DNA of 64,000 bases from Heptranchias perlo (GCF_035084215.1 NC_090332.1:23994001-24058000), one strand, 5' to 3'; positions 1-12,328 are shown, counted from the stretch's first letter. Numbers and translations are program-made. The notes: generated from the sequence alone by a model not told the origin.

Positions 1-774
1 ATTGTAGCACTCCTAACATCATTCTGGCTGAGATAAATTCACTCAGCACAGATTAGGGATTGACTCTGAGATTTTCCTCCTCTATTGACAGTGCATTTAA
101 CAACTGACTCATTGGGGAATCAGTCTTGTTTACTCCATTTTTGTTTTGCATTCAAGTGTGAAATATATGGAATCATGAATGTTTTCATTTGCTTCTGTAA
201 ACAAAACAGTATTTATTGAGACCCTATTTACACCACCAGCTCATCCCAAATGCACTTTTTAATCACATTCAACCTGTATCTGTCCATTGTTTTACACTGC
301 AACTTCAACTGCACAAGCCTCCTATCGACTCGCTATGTGCTGTTTCCTACTGCTGCAGGCAGATTGATCATAAACAGGGCATATCCAGCTATTGGTTCCC
401 ATGGTAAAAGCAATAATATCCTTGGAAAAAATTAATGAAAAACATTGGGAAAGCTGTATCAGTGGCTGAGATGTAAAGTCTCCGTCTATGTGCCATGAAG
501 TCTTGGAAGGTCTCAGGTTTGATCCCCAGTCGGTGATTAGTTAGCTGATCCCAGGCTGGGCAGTAGTAGGAGCATTACGTTTGACCACAGCACCTTTCGG
601 GTACAGAAAGAAAATCAGCTACAATTCCTGCTCCTGATTACTATATATTCAATACACATATAACATTACAAGTGTATACGGGGTTTAAGTGTGAAAATGA
701 CATCTTCTACCTAAGAAACCATGGAACCATAAAAAAGCCATTCAATTGGCCAAACCGGTTTCTTTCAAAACCAA

Positions 775-1462
775 TTTTTTTTTCAAAAAAATATACTTTA
801 TTCATAAAATTTGCAGCAATACATACAATACAGTTGTCATATCACATTTCAAATGTACACAATACAGATTATACAATTTGCAGGTTACATCAAGTACAGT
901 TCAAATGATTCCAACAATACAGTTACACATTGTACATAATTACAGTTCATGACACTCTTGGATGCCTCATTGCATTACACGCAATACAGACTATTGATTA
1001 CAGGTACGTTACAGATTCATTACAGGTACATTACAGATTCATTACAGTTACATTACATCAATTTGCATTTTACATTCTGCCCGAGGGGGTTTTTCCCTGA
1101 TTGCATCCCCTCGGTTTACAATGGCAGGAAGGCTCTAAACGGTTGCCTTTCCCCACAGAGTCTTTGCGGTGGCCGCACACAACTTCAGTGCGTCCCTCAC
1201 CACGTAGTCCTGGACCTTGGAATGTGCCAGTCTGCAACACTTGGTCGAGGACAGTTCCTTGCATTGGAAGACCAGCAAGTTTCGGGCAGACCAAAGGGCG
1301 TCTTTCACCGAGTTGATGGTCTTCCAGCAGCAGTTGATGTTTGTCTTGGTGTGCGTCCCCGGGAACAGCCCATAGAGCACAGAATCCTGTGTTACAGAGC
1401 TGCTCAGGATGAACCTGGACAGATACCACTGCATCTCTCTCCAGACGTTCTTTGCAAAGGCA
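775..1462 (-). mobile_element. Tx1/L1-clade non-LTR retrotransposon, 5'-truncated 3' end (ORF2 C-terminus, 3'UTR, poly(A))
   Basis: Minus ORF 1135-1434 (WYLSRFILSSSVTQDSVLYGLFPGTHTKTNINCCWKTINSVKDALWSARNLLVFQ) resembles a Tx1 ORF2 C-terminal domain. Ends in AATAAA..TTTTTGAAAAAAAAA. Highly similar to 24557-25369. Confidence 0.85.
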
Positions 1463-2179
1463 TCTGCTCTATCATGGATTATACCATTTAGTGTCCGGTG
1501 AAGTTTCTAGCTGTCAAACTTAAATCAACAAAACTCCAGAACATCTGTCTAACTTTACAGTTCACAATATGCACTCACCATCTGCCTTCCTTGATGTGAC
1601 ATTTTCAAGAACTGGCTCATTACCTTTGTTGTGAACAATATGGTATCTCCCCGCCCCCTCTCCAATATACACACGCACTCTTACTATTCATTACCTAATT
1701 AGAATGTTTGTTCTAATACTTCAATCACAAACCCTCCCCTTTCCTCTTTGCTTGGGAAAGGGGGAATACCAACTCTTTTCAATAATTTTAACAACAGGCT
1801 AAGTACTAAGTCATCTTTGAAATGGGATTGTCAGGTTCTAAACAACTTATATTTGACATACAAAACATTCCTGCAAGTATTTAACTCCTGTCACTTTATC
1901 TAAACTGGAAATTGTTAGTGAGACCTAATTTTTCTGCCAGCTGATCCCAAAATACACTTTCTATCACCTTTAGCCCAGGTTTGTTCCTTTTCACAGTAGA
2001 GTCTCCCTCCACTGTCGGCATGCTGATCTCCAACTGGTACAGGCACAGATTGTTCACCTATTCTAATCACAGATACCACGCTGCTCTTCAAAAATTCAAA
2101 CAATGTTATGTGGATATTCCCACTATTACAGTTTTGCAAAGGTACATCACAACTACAACATAAGAAAACATGAAGACAT

Positions 2180-2460
2180 TGGGCATGATTTTAGCATGGA
2201 GGCAGGAACTCAGCGGGTGGGTAAATAATCGCGTGGGAAACCCCGAAGCAACTTGAGTGCGTTGGATTGTCCGATCGCAACTCAATTGAAGGCACTGAAT
2301 GTTACTTCCGGGTTCCTGTTGTGTGCACGCATCCTAACGTGCCTAGGTTAAACCGGAAGTGGGCGTGTTGGAGCTAGGAAGAGATCCTGCTCCAGAAATC
2401 AACTATCTTTACTGCCCAGCCGTCCCCAGCCCACACGTTCTTTGGGGTTAAAATTACCCT
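2180..2460. mobile_element. MITE derived from the Harbinger family at 17627-19690
   Basis: Left part (ggaactcagcgggtgg..gtgggaaacccc, acttccgggtt) and right part (aaccggaagt..ttggagc, cccacacgttctttggggttaaaattaccc) match the two subterminal regions of 17627-19690. No coding interior. Confidence 0.8.
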
Positions 2461-3699
2461 CATTAAGTCCATTCCTTTTACAATATTGTAGTTAAATACC
2501 ATTTCAAATAAGGTACAATCAGAAAGATCATTTTGAAACGTACTGGTATTCTTTCCTTATTGTTCAGGGAAGGGAGCAATTAATGTATTACATAAAGCAT
2601 TATAAAGAGGTACTAATGAACAAGAAAATATGTGTATATGGAGCCAGGGAAGGGGAGTTATCATGTCAATGGCACTGCCTATCGTAACATCCATCAACCA
2701 ATTTAATCTCTTTAGGAAAGATTTTGCGAAGTATTTCTTTGCCCTTCAAACATAAATCAAAGAATGTCTAAAATACCCCACATTATGACTGGATGCCAAA
2801 CTTGATGTTACATATTCAAGCTGCTGGCAGAAAATCAGTCCTGCCCCAGCTTCTTTATATTTAACTGCCAGTGATGTGGTAACTCCCCACTCCCCGTGAT
2901 ATACAGAAACTTTCATTCATCATTATCAATTGTCATATTTTTTGCAATACTTTAATGACCCTCACCCCTAAACAAAGGGTGAGAAATACCAACAAAATTC
3001 AATTGTCTTTTTAACTGCATCTTGTTTAGAATAGTCTTCAAATCCAGATGAAACATAAAAATGTAGAACTGCATTCTCATCTTTAAAAGGAAACTATAGT
3101 CAGTGAACAACTTGCATTTAATGCACAAAGCATTCTTTCTTCCAAATATCTGATTCCAGTTATGAATTCATTTTCATTATTTCCTCTACAAAGCAAAAGC
3201 AAACTAACAGGGACATTGTGGCATGCATTGTTATTTTCTGCATTACGAAGAACATTAAGAAATAGGTTACAATTCACCGTAAATGTTACTCTGTTCGTTC
3301 ATGTATTTAATTGAAGTGTTTATAAGTTTCTTTTTCAGAAGACAGGAGAAACCCACATGGGGTAACATACAAGTATACAGCATCCAGTTCACATAACAAG
3401 TGCTTTCCTTGTTATGACTCCGGGTCATGATATCATATGACTAGATACTGTGCAGTACAGATAAACTTATGATTTTAGGGAATACGAGGTCTGCTTATAG
3501 GTGAGGTGATGCTGAGCCCAAGAGAATAGCTAGTGTAAGGGAACAGTCCCCGGCATAAAGTAAGTACTGGGGTGGGGGTTTCCCACACAGATGCTGATGT
3601 GGGGAGGGAGAGGAAGGGCTGAGGCAGAGGAGGCCCAAAGATTCCTTACAGGGCCTGGAAGAGTACTCCTGCTCTGAGGGATACTTTTATGCCTTTGGT

Positions 3700-4610
3700 C
3701 CTATAGTGTCAGCTTGGCTAGGTTGGTAGCATTCCTGCCTTTGACTCAGATGGTTGTGGATTCACGATCTATGCCCAGAACTTGAGCACTTTATTCAGTG
3801 CAGCGATGAGGGAATGCTGTATTATTGGAGGTACTGCCTTTCAGATGAGATATTAAACTGAAAACCATGTTAACCCTTTAAGGTGAATGAAGTTCCTCAG
3901 GGTTCCTGATGAACTGTGGGTATTATTGGGTCAGCTGGGAGTTACAGTGGTGGAAATTGGCATGAGTCCGGCGTTTCCTCAGGCATGATGTCAAAAAAAG
4001 ACCTGGGACTGGCAGGATGAAGTCATCTCATCAGAATTCCTTCCAGTCCCACCTCTGGTGCTCCCAATGTACTGTACAGTATTGTAACATGGCAGAAATG
4101 CAGCCCACCAAAGTGGGAAAGTCCACTTTAGTTTCCATACAACAGCCAGTTGTAAAGTAATTCACTACTGTAAGGAAAATGGTCTTTGTGGAAAAGGGCG
4201 CATTTTTGCTGCAATTTTCAATCTTCTGTTGGACTCGCCAGCATTGGTCCCAACACTGCTATTTCCACCCCTTCACCTAGCGGGTGTCCAGCTGCACTAC
4301 TACTGCTGTAGCCACCCACCAACTTTATTTAAATTGCCTGACGTCAAGAATTCTGATGGGGTCAGGCACGTAAATGGCCAGTGGAGAAGTCCCTCTGCCA
4401 TTGTTAGGGTGGCTGAGTGGGATTGTGGATTTTGGGGCCGAGTTTATCTGGTCATTCATCTCATTCGCTGTTTGTAGGATCTTGTGAGACTGGCTGCTGT
4501 AATTTCCTACATAACAACAGTAACTGCACTTCAAAAAATAATTGATTGGCTGTAGAGCGCTTTAGGACATCCTGAGAACGTAATAAGGTGCTACATTAAA
4601 GTTCTTTGAT
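3700..4610 (+). mobile_element. tRNA-derived SINE fragments (Deu-domain/SacSINE-like) interrupted by other repeat sequence
   Basis: A/B-box-like head (cttggctaggttggtagcattcctgcc..ggttgtggattcacgatc) and body/tail (atctcattcgctgtttgtaggatcttg..gtaactgcacttcaaaaaataattgattggctgtagagcgctttaggacatcctgag) recurring at 13090-13440, 14290-14470 and 17525-19960. Confidence 0.6.
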
Positions 4611-5249
4611 ATTGACCTGATAATATTGGCATAATAACACTTCTCTCTTGGCCTTCCCCACTGCCTCGCAATCTATACATCTCTGTGAAAATAATATTGT
4701 GGTTGGACTAAAAAATTGGTAACCTCAAACCACGTTAATCTATTGAAAGTCGATGTAAGTAAATGCGACGTAACTTGTTTTGGAGTTCAAGTATATTTTA
4801 GTCACAGACCTATTTGGCAGCACGTGATACTTATGGAAAATATCGAGCATGACGAAATTTAGATTCCTCTTCTCACATTGATTATTCAGAAATAGTTTTT
4901 TTAATAATGTACTGCAGCATGCTTCCCCATTTCATGGTTGTGTAACTCGTGAAGTGTTGTAACTTCCTCTTTGAATAAGAGGCGTGTTTTACGTAGTTGT
5001 TTTTGTTCTCAAATAGTTTATCAAGAGTATCTTTCCTCTCTGGTCACCTGTCAATGATGTCTTGCCTGTTTTATTTCAAAACTTGAGGATCCAGTGTTCA
5101 GCACAAGAAGGCCTAAATATTTGACTTGATAACCACATAATAATACCTTATTTGTTCCCTTGGCTTCTTGTGATGGGAAAATCGCATCTCATTTTTTCTA
5201 AATCTATAAATATGTTTGTGGACATTCAGCGTTAAAATAAAAATCCATG

Positions 5250-5418
5250 GGGTGGAACTTTCAACTTCAGCAGGGTGTAGAACAGATTGTAGTAGATCAG
5301 CCGTCTGTTATACATCCCGGCCAATTTCAGTGGAAAGGAAAATCTGGCGGGGTATATAAACGGCGGCCGATCCACTACAGCTTGTTTTATGTCCCCGACA
5401 AAGCTGAAAGTTCCACCC
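5250..5418. mobile_element. ~170-bp palindromic MITE (Harbinger-like ends)
   Basis: TIR GGGTGGAACTTTCAACTT / AAGCTGAAAGTTCCACCC. Internal aaacggcggccgatc motif shared with 12329-12491 and 39844-39981. Confidence 0.75.
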
Positions 5419-5509
5419 AAGAAGTTTCAAAATGAGGAGATAACCAAGAGGAATATTTACTTATTTCTAAACTTAAAACTTTGTTCTACTTTTTTTTTGT
5501 GTGTATTCT

Positions 5510-5780
5510 AATTTTCTCCCTTTTTTCCTGAAGGCACCACAATGGGGACGGGTCTTCATTTTTCCAGGTTCCTTCCAGTGCCTTGACCGAGTGACCGTTC
5601 TTCATACGTGAGCCTGGATACTGAATGTCAGCACAGTGGCATCACAGCTAATCCTGTCCTCACCTACCATTGACACGCACACTTTCCAGTGGGACTTACT
5701 GGTTAGTGATCAAGAGCCGGAGTACTGGCTGCTTTTTCTTCTCCTTAGGTCATGGGTGGTTATGATTGTAGCACCTCTAT
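5510..5780 (-). repeat. Old dispersed SINE-like repeat, one of ~15 copies in the window
   Basis: Consensus-like blocks (gagttagctgatctcagc, aaaatcagccagggttcctgctcctgatc, gtgaggacaggatc..ctgtgatgcc, atgaagaatggccactt) recur at ~1-125, 460-640, 10480-10610, 13950-14250, 14920-15250, 15380-15660, 16830-17340, 27780-27920, 39040-39280, 40640-40860, 43170-43520, 47530-47750, 48720-49690, 50210-50500, 52170-52530 and 58370-58660. Confidence 0.65.
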
Positions 5781-6299
5781 TACTTTCAAGGTGAAAAAGA
5801 GGACTTTAAACAAAATCATATTTATTTCACATGAACTAATGAAACATTGTGTCAGCTTTGGTCCGCAGCTAGTGATGTATAATTAAACTTGAGAAAGCCC
5901 TGAGGAATAGCAGGGAACCCAAAAGTCTAAACACGAGTATGTTTTTCACCTGGAAGCAATTAAAGTGTTTTGAAAACTTATTGATTAGTTTAGCAGGATT
6001 GCAAATGATTGCAGTTTGTTACCGCTGTAATTTCTGTCTAAATAAATCTCATTCTTGCCCAATTACATGTTAAGTAAGTTTACAATGGTGCTACATTGAC
6101 TTTCTTAATCACAAGAAAGTTTATTTTGTTATTCTTGAAAACTTACATCATCCTGTTTATGTGAGCACAATTAATTGTTGATTTGAATAAAAGCTCAATT
6201 GTTTTTCTCCATTTCTCCTCTACTCAAGCTTGGACACAGCTCTCTGGACATCAGCAGCTCTCCACTAGCTCATCCAAGTAGCCATTCTTCACTCACTAG

Positions 6300-7110
6300 A
6301 CTTTGTTTTCATTTGTTTGTCGGATGTGGGTGATGTGGGAAAGGCTGCAACAGCTTGGCTAGGGAAATGCCTAGGTCTGAAAGTGTTTTTCAGCACTATC
6401 TCCAGGATATTGACAGGACCCATAGCCTTCATTGTGTTAAGTGCACTCAGCTGCTACTTAATGTCACCAAATTGGCTGTACACCAGTATCCGCGATGGGG
6501 TGGACGTCGGGAGGAGGCTGAGTAGGATCATTCATTTGGCACATTTGACTGAAGATGCTTGCAAACACTTCAGCCTTGTCTCGTGCACTCATGTGATGGG
6601 CTGCACCATGGTTGAAGATGCAGATGTTTATGGCACCTTCTCCTCCTGTTAGTTGCCTCATCGTCCACCACTATGCCCGACTAGGTGAGGTAGGACTACA
6701 GAGCTTTGCTCTGATCCGTTGATTGTGGGATTGCTTGGCTCTGTCTGCAGTCTGTTGCTTTTGGTGAATAGTGTGCAGGTAGCTCTATGTCGTAGCTTCA
6801 CTAGGTTGGTAGCTCATGTTAAAGTATGCCAGGTGCTGCTCTTGGCGTGCCCTTCTACACTCCGCAGTGAGCCAGGGTTGGTCTCCTGGTGATGATCGAG
6901 TGAGGGATGTGCCAGGCCATGAGGTTACAGATTGTGGTGGTAAACAATTTTGCTGCTTCTACTATAGATGTCCAGTTCTTATTCAGTCCCACTTAGCATG
7001 TTGGTGGTGCCACACTACATGATGGAGGATGTCCTCTGAGTGGAGATGAGACTTTGCCTTCACAAGGCCTGTGTGATGTGGACTTCTGCCAATGCTATCA
7101 TGGACAGACG
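6300..7110 (-). mobile_element. Degraded CR1-group (L2/Crack-like) LINE ORF2 fragment
   Basis: Minus-strand translation IFNHGAAHHMSARDKAEVFASIFSQMCQMNDP, followed by a KAMGPxNI motif typical of the region just before the RT domain. Multiple stops. Confidence 0.65.
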
Positions 7111-7462
7111 AGATCACAAGTTAATTGCAGCCCATCTTCAATCATCCATCCAGAGAGAACCTAACGTCCCCCTATTGTAGCATCCAGTTGCTTCTTAAAT
7201 GATTGCAGGGTTTTTGCTTCCACTACTCTATCTGGAAGTTTATTGCACATGATAATCAATCTTTGTGCGAAGAATAATTTCCTGACATCAGTCCTAAAAT
7301 TACCTTATACTAGTTTGAACCTGTGTCCACTAATTCTACTCCCACAGTTTAATTTAAAGTAATATTCCGGGTTAACTTTTTCTATACCCTTAACAATCTT
7401 ATATCTTATGATGTCTAAATGATCAGCTGTCTGATGCCCACTTTCCAGGCTGAAAAGCCCTA

Positions 7463-10334
7463 GGGGGTGAAATTGGGCCATGTAGCACCCAGTTTGTAGA
7501 CGCAACGCGGATTTCTAAGCCCCGAAAATAGCGTCCAAGATGCACATGCACTCTTCCAGCGTGAATTGCGCAGGACACCATCTTGGTAAAGGTGGGTGCA
7601 TCTAATGAAAGCCAGCAGCATGTAGAGTAGGGAGATTATGACATAAATCAGGGTGCAACTCTGATTTGAAGCAGCTGGTGGCGTTTTCGAACTCCCCGCT
7701 CCAGCCAACGCACTGTCTTAACCTCGCACAGGACTTAAATGGCATGAAGGACCCCCCCACCAATGCTATTTAAAGGGATCATGCAGGATTTACAGGTTAG
7801 TTGCTGAATTAGATATTCTGACTGCTGATGTAATTCTACGTGTTTGCGGAAGTTTCCTATACTTGGCTAAAGTTGCTATATTCTATAAAGTGGTCTGGCT
7901 GGTCTTGCAGTACTGTTAGTGGCATTTAAAATATTGTGCTGACCAAAGCTGCTTCCAGACATGGGTGGCCTGCTAAGGCTTCCTCTGGGAATTGAACATG
8001 ACTGGGAGCATGCAGAGAGGCCACACAGAGCAGGACAAGCTGCCAGAAAAGGGAGGAGGAGGAGGAGGAGGAAGTGGAGGACGAGGCAAGGAGGCAAGGT
8101 AGACAGGCTCTGTCTGCCAGGGCTCTGTGTGATCAGATGATTAATGAGCGATACCAGTAACCCCAATGACACCTCCCAATTCACCAACAGCCCCACACTC
8201 CTTAACTTTCCTCTCCCACATGACCATCAAATTGTCCTCCTTAGGATTACACATTGCTTCCTCCCTCAGCTCATCGCAGAAATGAAAACCAACACCAAAT
8301 ACAAATTCATAACCACATTTATAGATTTACACATGAAATGATTCATACAAACTGATATTATTCACCCTTGTGCATTCCCATAGTGCCTATTGTCTTTACC
8401 TTTTCTAGTGCTCCTATGAGTTGCATCCCCAGTGGCTGGAGCATGGGTGGTAGAAGGCTGCTGACCTTCAATTGAGGAGCGTGCAGATAGCCTTGGAGGA
8501 CAACCTCAAGCTGCTCTGGGCCGGGAGGGCCCAGCATCAGACTGCACCATCTTGGCCTGGGCTGCAGCAGTCTGGCCTGGCTGGCTGACAGGCAATGCCA
8601 AGGGCACTGATGGTTAGGCAGGGGTGGGAGTAGGAATGCTGTCAGCCTGAGAGAGGACAGCAGGTTCGTCTTCCATGATGCCATTACCACTCTCCCAGGG
8701 CGGTGCCTCAGCAATCCTGGTGATCTTTTGGAGAACAGATTGCTGGACTGCTGTGATGCCCTGGAAGCCCCATTCCACAGTGGAACTCAGAGCCACGATA
8801 GCAGCAGTCTGAGCTTCCAATGCAGCAGTCAGACCTTTGATGGCAGATGTTTGTGCTGCGATGGAAGCTGTGACATCAGTCATCAGCATCATGGTGGGTT
8901 CCACAGGTGTGCTGATGGACGTAACCACCCATTCCATGTGGGAAAGGATGGGCTTCAAACTCTGTGCAAAGCCCTGTGCTAAGTTGTACCTGGACTCCTC
9001 CATGCCCTTGACATTGTGCTAAGGCTTTCTGACAGACTTTCCAGTGCACCAAGCATTTGGTTGTTTACGCCCGTCAGCCTTCTTCTGTAGTCTGGCCCAT
9101 CGAAGTCATCATCTGACTCCTCGGTAGCAAAGCTAGTGTGTGACCTCGCCTTCCGGCAAGCTGGCACCTGCGGTGATGAGGGTTTTTCCCCCGCCCCTGC
9201 TTCTATGCACTTGTGCCCAGTGTCTCACCATGTGCAGATCTCTCCACTATCCCAGCCTCTAAAGTATGCGCAGTGTCAGTATCTGAACTGGTGGCTGCGA
9301 GTGTAAGATCGAGTGACGGTGTGTCTGTATCATCACTGTCATCGCCCTCTGCCTCCTCTGATGGTGCCGATTCCAGTTCTTGGGTATCTGAAATAACAAA
9401 GGGGCACGGGTGGAGTTGTGGTGAGGGGAGAGGAGAAAGTAAGACGTGCGTGCTCACACCATCTGCAGCACGTGAGTCGGAAAAGATTGTGGGATGAGGA
9501 AGAAGTGGGAAGCGAGAAGGAGGATTAGGAATGCAGAAACCCTCATCATTGATACCTCCAGCACCGCCAGTGGCCACAGCGTCAGTGATTTGGGTGATGT
9601 GGCTGTCATGGTTGAATAGCTGCCAGTGTGTGTGACCTGTGAGTTGTGGGTGTGCGGCTTGCAAGAGTGGTAATGTGAGAGGGTGAGATGCAGCATCTGA
9701 TTCGCAGGGTTGTGTACTGACTGAAAGAGTTTGCTGGTAGGTGGGTAATGGGGGGGTGTAGTGCGTGGAGCAGTGGATGAGGCTAGTTGGTAGGATATGC
9801 CACGTGACAGTTGAACTCACTCACCTTGACCATTCGTGTCAAATCATTGAATTTCTTCCTGCACTGCATCCATGTGCATGATGCGATGCTCCTGGCATTT
9901 ACCTTATCCACCACAGCCTCCCACTGCCTTGTCAGCATATGTCTGAAGGGCCTCCTGCCCCTCTGTCTGTCCACCTCTTCTACCAAGGCCTCTAGTGCAC
10001 CGTCCGAGAACCTTGGTGCACACTCTCTCCCAGGCGCAGCCATTCTTCAATATCTTCCAGCACTTCCCAAAGGACTTCTTGCAGCCACAGTGCACCTCCC
10101 CTATAAGAGGTGCAGGCTGCCTTTAAGTAGACCCAGCCACTCCCGATATCGAGGCCTCCTGCTGGTGCATGCAGCCAATCAACAGTGCAGGGAGGGCTGG
10201 CAGCATGCAGCAATCATTCAAATCATCAGGCAGTACGAATGTTACGTGCTGTTTGCATTACAACCAACAAGCACGGGTTAATCGCGCACCCAGATCCCAG
10301 CGTCCATTTTTGGGGGTTATCCAATATAACCCCC
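7463..10334. mobile_element. Non-autonomous PIF/Harbinger DNA transposon (Myb/SANT gene retained, transposase mostly deleted)
   Basis: 14-bp TIR GGGGGTGAAATTGG / CCAATATAACCCCC (2 mismatches); 3-bp TSD CTA (7460-7462, 10335-10337). Short plus-strand transposase-like N-terminus from ATG 7961 (MGGLLRLPLGIEHDWEH..RRRRR). Related copies at 45570-46494 and 53608-55582. Confidence 0.85.
8358..10043 (-). pseudogene. Spliced Myb/SANT-like (trihelix) DNA-binding gene of the Harbinger element, frameshifted
   Basis: Exon 1 10043-9825 MAAPGRECAPRFSDGALEALVEEVD..WEAVVDKVNARS..WMQCRKKFNDLTR followed by a GTGAGT donor. Acceptor ttatttcAG before 9387. Downstream acidic, coiled-coil-like and Pro-rich segments are spread over several frames. 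Confidence 0.75.
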
Positions 10335-10614
10335 CTAGTCTTTTCTCATAACTCAGACCTCTGTCACTGAGGATCAGCCTTGTGGCTTGAAGGTCGCTCA
10401 TGTTTCTTGGCACTCAGAACTGGATGCAGTATTCGAGGTGTTGCGTGACAAGAGCACTATACAGTTTGATCACAGCTAATGTGGATTGGAATCACAACCG
10501 AGGCTGATCCTATTCTCACCCAACAATCACGCTCCTACAGTTTCCAGTAGAGATCATTAGATAGAAACCAGGAATAGGAACCCCAGTTGGCTTTTCCTCT
10601 GCCTAGTTCAGAAT

Positions 10615-11370
10615 GGCCCTGAATTTGCTGGTAAAAAAACGGTGAGTTTAATGCGCACACCGTTATTAAATTGTAAGTCGTTCAGCAGTTTGTGGTGAGG
10701 AAGAGATACCCCGTGAATTGTGAATCACCACAAGTAGCTGGACGATTTGCACCGCTCCGCTGTTAGCCTTGCAAAAACAATAGCTCGCCATCAGCCTCCC
10801 TGTGAGTCTCAAGAAATTGCTGCAATTACTCTTTCATTGCCAATCAAACTCACCGCAGAAAGTTAGGGCTGGTACTTAACATCGTAAGGACCCTTTCTAT
10901 GACAAGATTTATGTTCCTGCAATCCCAATCAACCTCTTTGGCCCCGAAAGGGAACAATTGAAATTGTGGTGTCTCATTCCTGCAGGTAGTAAATTGTTCT
11001 TAGAGATTTTTAAAATTTAAAATTTAACATTTTTACATTTTTTTCTTACTTTTTCTCTCTGTCTCTTTTTTCTCTCTTTCTTAATCCAATCTTTCTCTCC
11101 CTCTCTTTATTTCTCTTTCTGTACCTGATTTGACTCTGATTCACCCTATTTCCTTTTCATCGTTCCTCTGTTTCTTTCTCAATCCTTGAATCTCACTGGT
11201 TAAGGAGGTACACTGTTGGTAACGTTGTTCACCAAGGTCCCAGAGACCCCATTATCAGCTCGTACTTCCAGCAATTTGCAGTGCAAAATATTTTCGAGCC
11301 GAAGGGTAAGGGAAAACGTCAAACTAACGAGGCACACCATGAAATGCCCCGCTCCAGCAAACTCCAGGCC
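10615..11370. mobile_element. ~755-bp non-autonomous DNA transposon (MITE)
   Basis: Imperfect TIR GGCCCTGAATTTGCTGG / CCAGCAAACTCCAGGCC. Flanks AAT/ACT (3-bp TSD, 1 mismatch). CT-rich interior. Interrupts an old SINE-like repeat. Confidence 0.6.
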
Positions 11371-11559
11371 ACTATCTCCAGCACTGTCTTGGCTGAAATC
11401 AGTTTATGCATGAATAGGTGTATGTGATATATTCCAACAACTGATTAATCAGATCAAAGAAAACTTTTTTTCACTTAATTACTATTGTCAAGTCTTCATC
11501 TCAGAGAGAGAGGAAATGAAACAAGACATGTTAATTCAGATTAAAACAACTCAAATCTG

Positions 11560-11670
11560 GATTGGAGTTCTGATGAAAGGTCATCGACCTGAAACGTTAA
11601 CTCTGTTTCTCTCTCCACAGATGTTGCCTGACCTGCTGAGTGTTTCCAGCATTTTCTGTATTTATTTCAA
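11560..11670 (+). mobile_element. Penelope-like element terminal fragment
   Basis: ctctccacagatg.tgcctgacctgctgag..ccagcattttctg tail, also found at 26380-26600 (-), 33706-33840 (-), 40128-40245 (+) and 48800-48845 (-). The 33706 copy continues into a Penelope ORF at 36200-36780. Confidence 0.65.
11565..11603 (+). ncRNA. Minimal type I hammerhead ribozyme in a Penelope-like terminal repeat
   Basis: GAGTT-CTGATGA-A-AGGTC-ATC-GACCT-GAAA-CG-TT-AACTC: stem I gagtt/aactc, core CUGAUGA, stem II aggtc/gacct, GAAA, palindromic AACGTT stem III. Confidence 0.7.
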
Positions 11671-12204
11671 ATGTAGGTTCATTTTGCATAAACTGCATTC
11701 TGGTCACACACCGCTATCTCTGGGAATGACATTTCTGCCTCAAACAGTGACAAGAGGTGGCAGTTTGTAATGTTACACGTTTCATATCTAGTTCAAAGAC
11801 CTATATAGACAGCCTGACTGATAACATCACATCATCAGGACAGACAGAAGCCAGGATCTATATCAATGTGTGATTTTATCAGTTTTGTTTCATTCTTGCA
11901 CCTTGTTAGAACGGAAACATTTTCTTTTAGTTAATTTGATCTTGTCTGTTTTTTGATTTTATGTACCTATGCATATCTATCCTGTGTTTGTATGTGGAGC
12001 AGTGTAGGAGCCCTTTAACCAATCAAATTGCAGAAGCACAGACCTCTGACCTTTCATCTAATCATGATGCACTGAACTCTGTCCACCAATAGCAGCGGGG
12101 AGAGTTAAGAGGACAATTCATATAAATCTATGAGAAACGTCACAGGCCATCATATGGTGTTTTATACAAAAAAAAATTTAAAACAAGTTTACAGTTAGGC
12201 AGCG

Positions 12205-12325
12205 GTGATAAGTGGAGGGCGGGAAAGTGGAGTTGAGGTTGAAGATCAGCCTTGACCTTATTGAATGGGGAGCAGGCTCGAGGGGCCGTACGGCCTACTC
12301 CTGCTCCTATTTCTTATGTTCTTAT
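12205..12325 (+). mobile_element. CR1 LINE extreme 3' fragment
   Basis: gggaaagtggagttgagg..gaagatcagcc..aggctcgaggggccgtacggcctactcctgctcctatttcttatgttcttat matches the 3' ends at 29113 and 60307. Confidence 0.8.
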
Positions 12326-12328
12326 AAT

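Larger units (their letters stand above)
7110..10475 (-). mobile_element. CR1 LINE 3' fragment (7110-7462 plus 10335-10475) split by a Harbinger insertion
   Basis: Removing 7463-10334 rejoins ctttccaggctgaaaagcc-CTA-gtcttttctcataactcagacc, encoding the CR1 motif GLSYE..LGLFSLE. KIVKGIEKVNPEYYF..GHRFKLV lies downstream on the minus strand. Confidence 0.75.
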
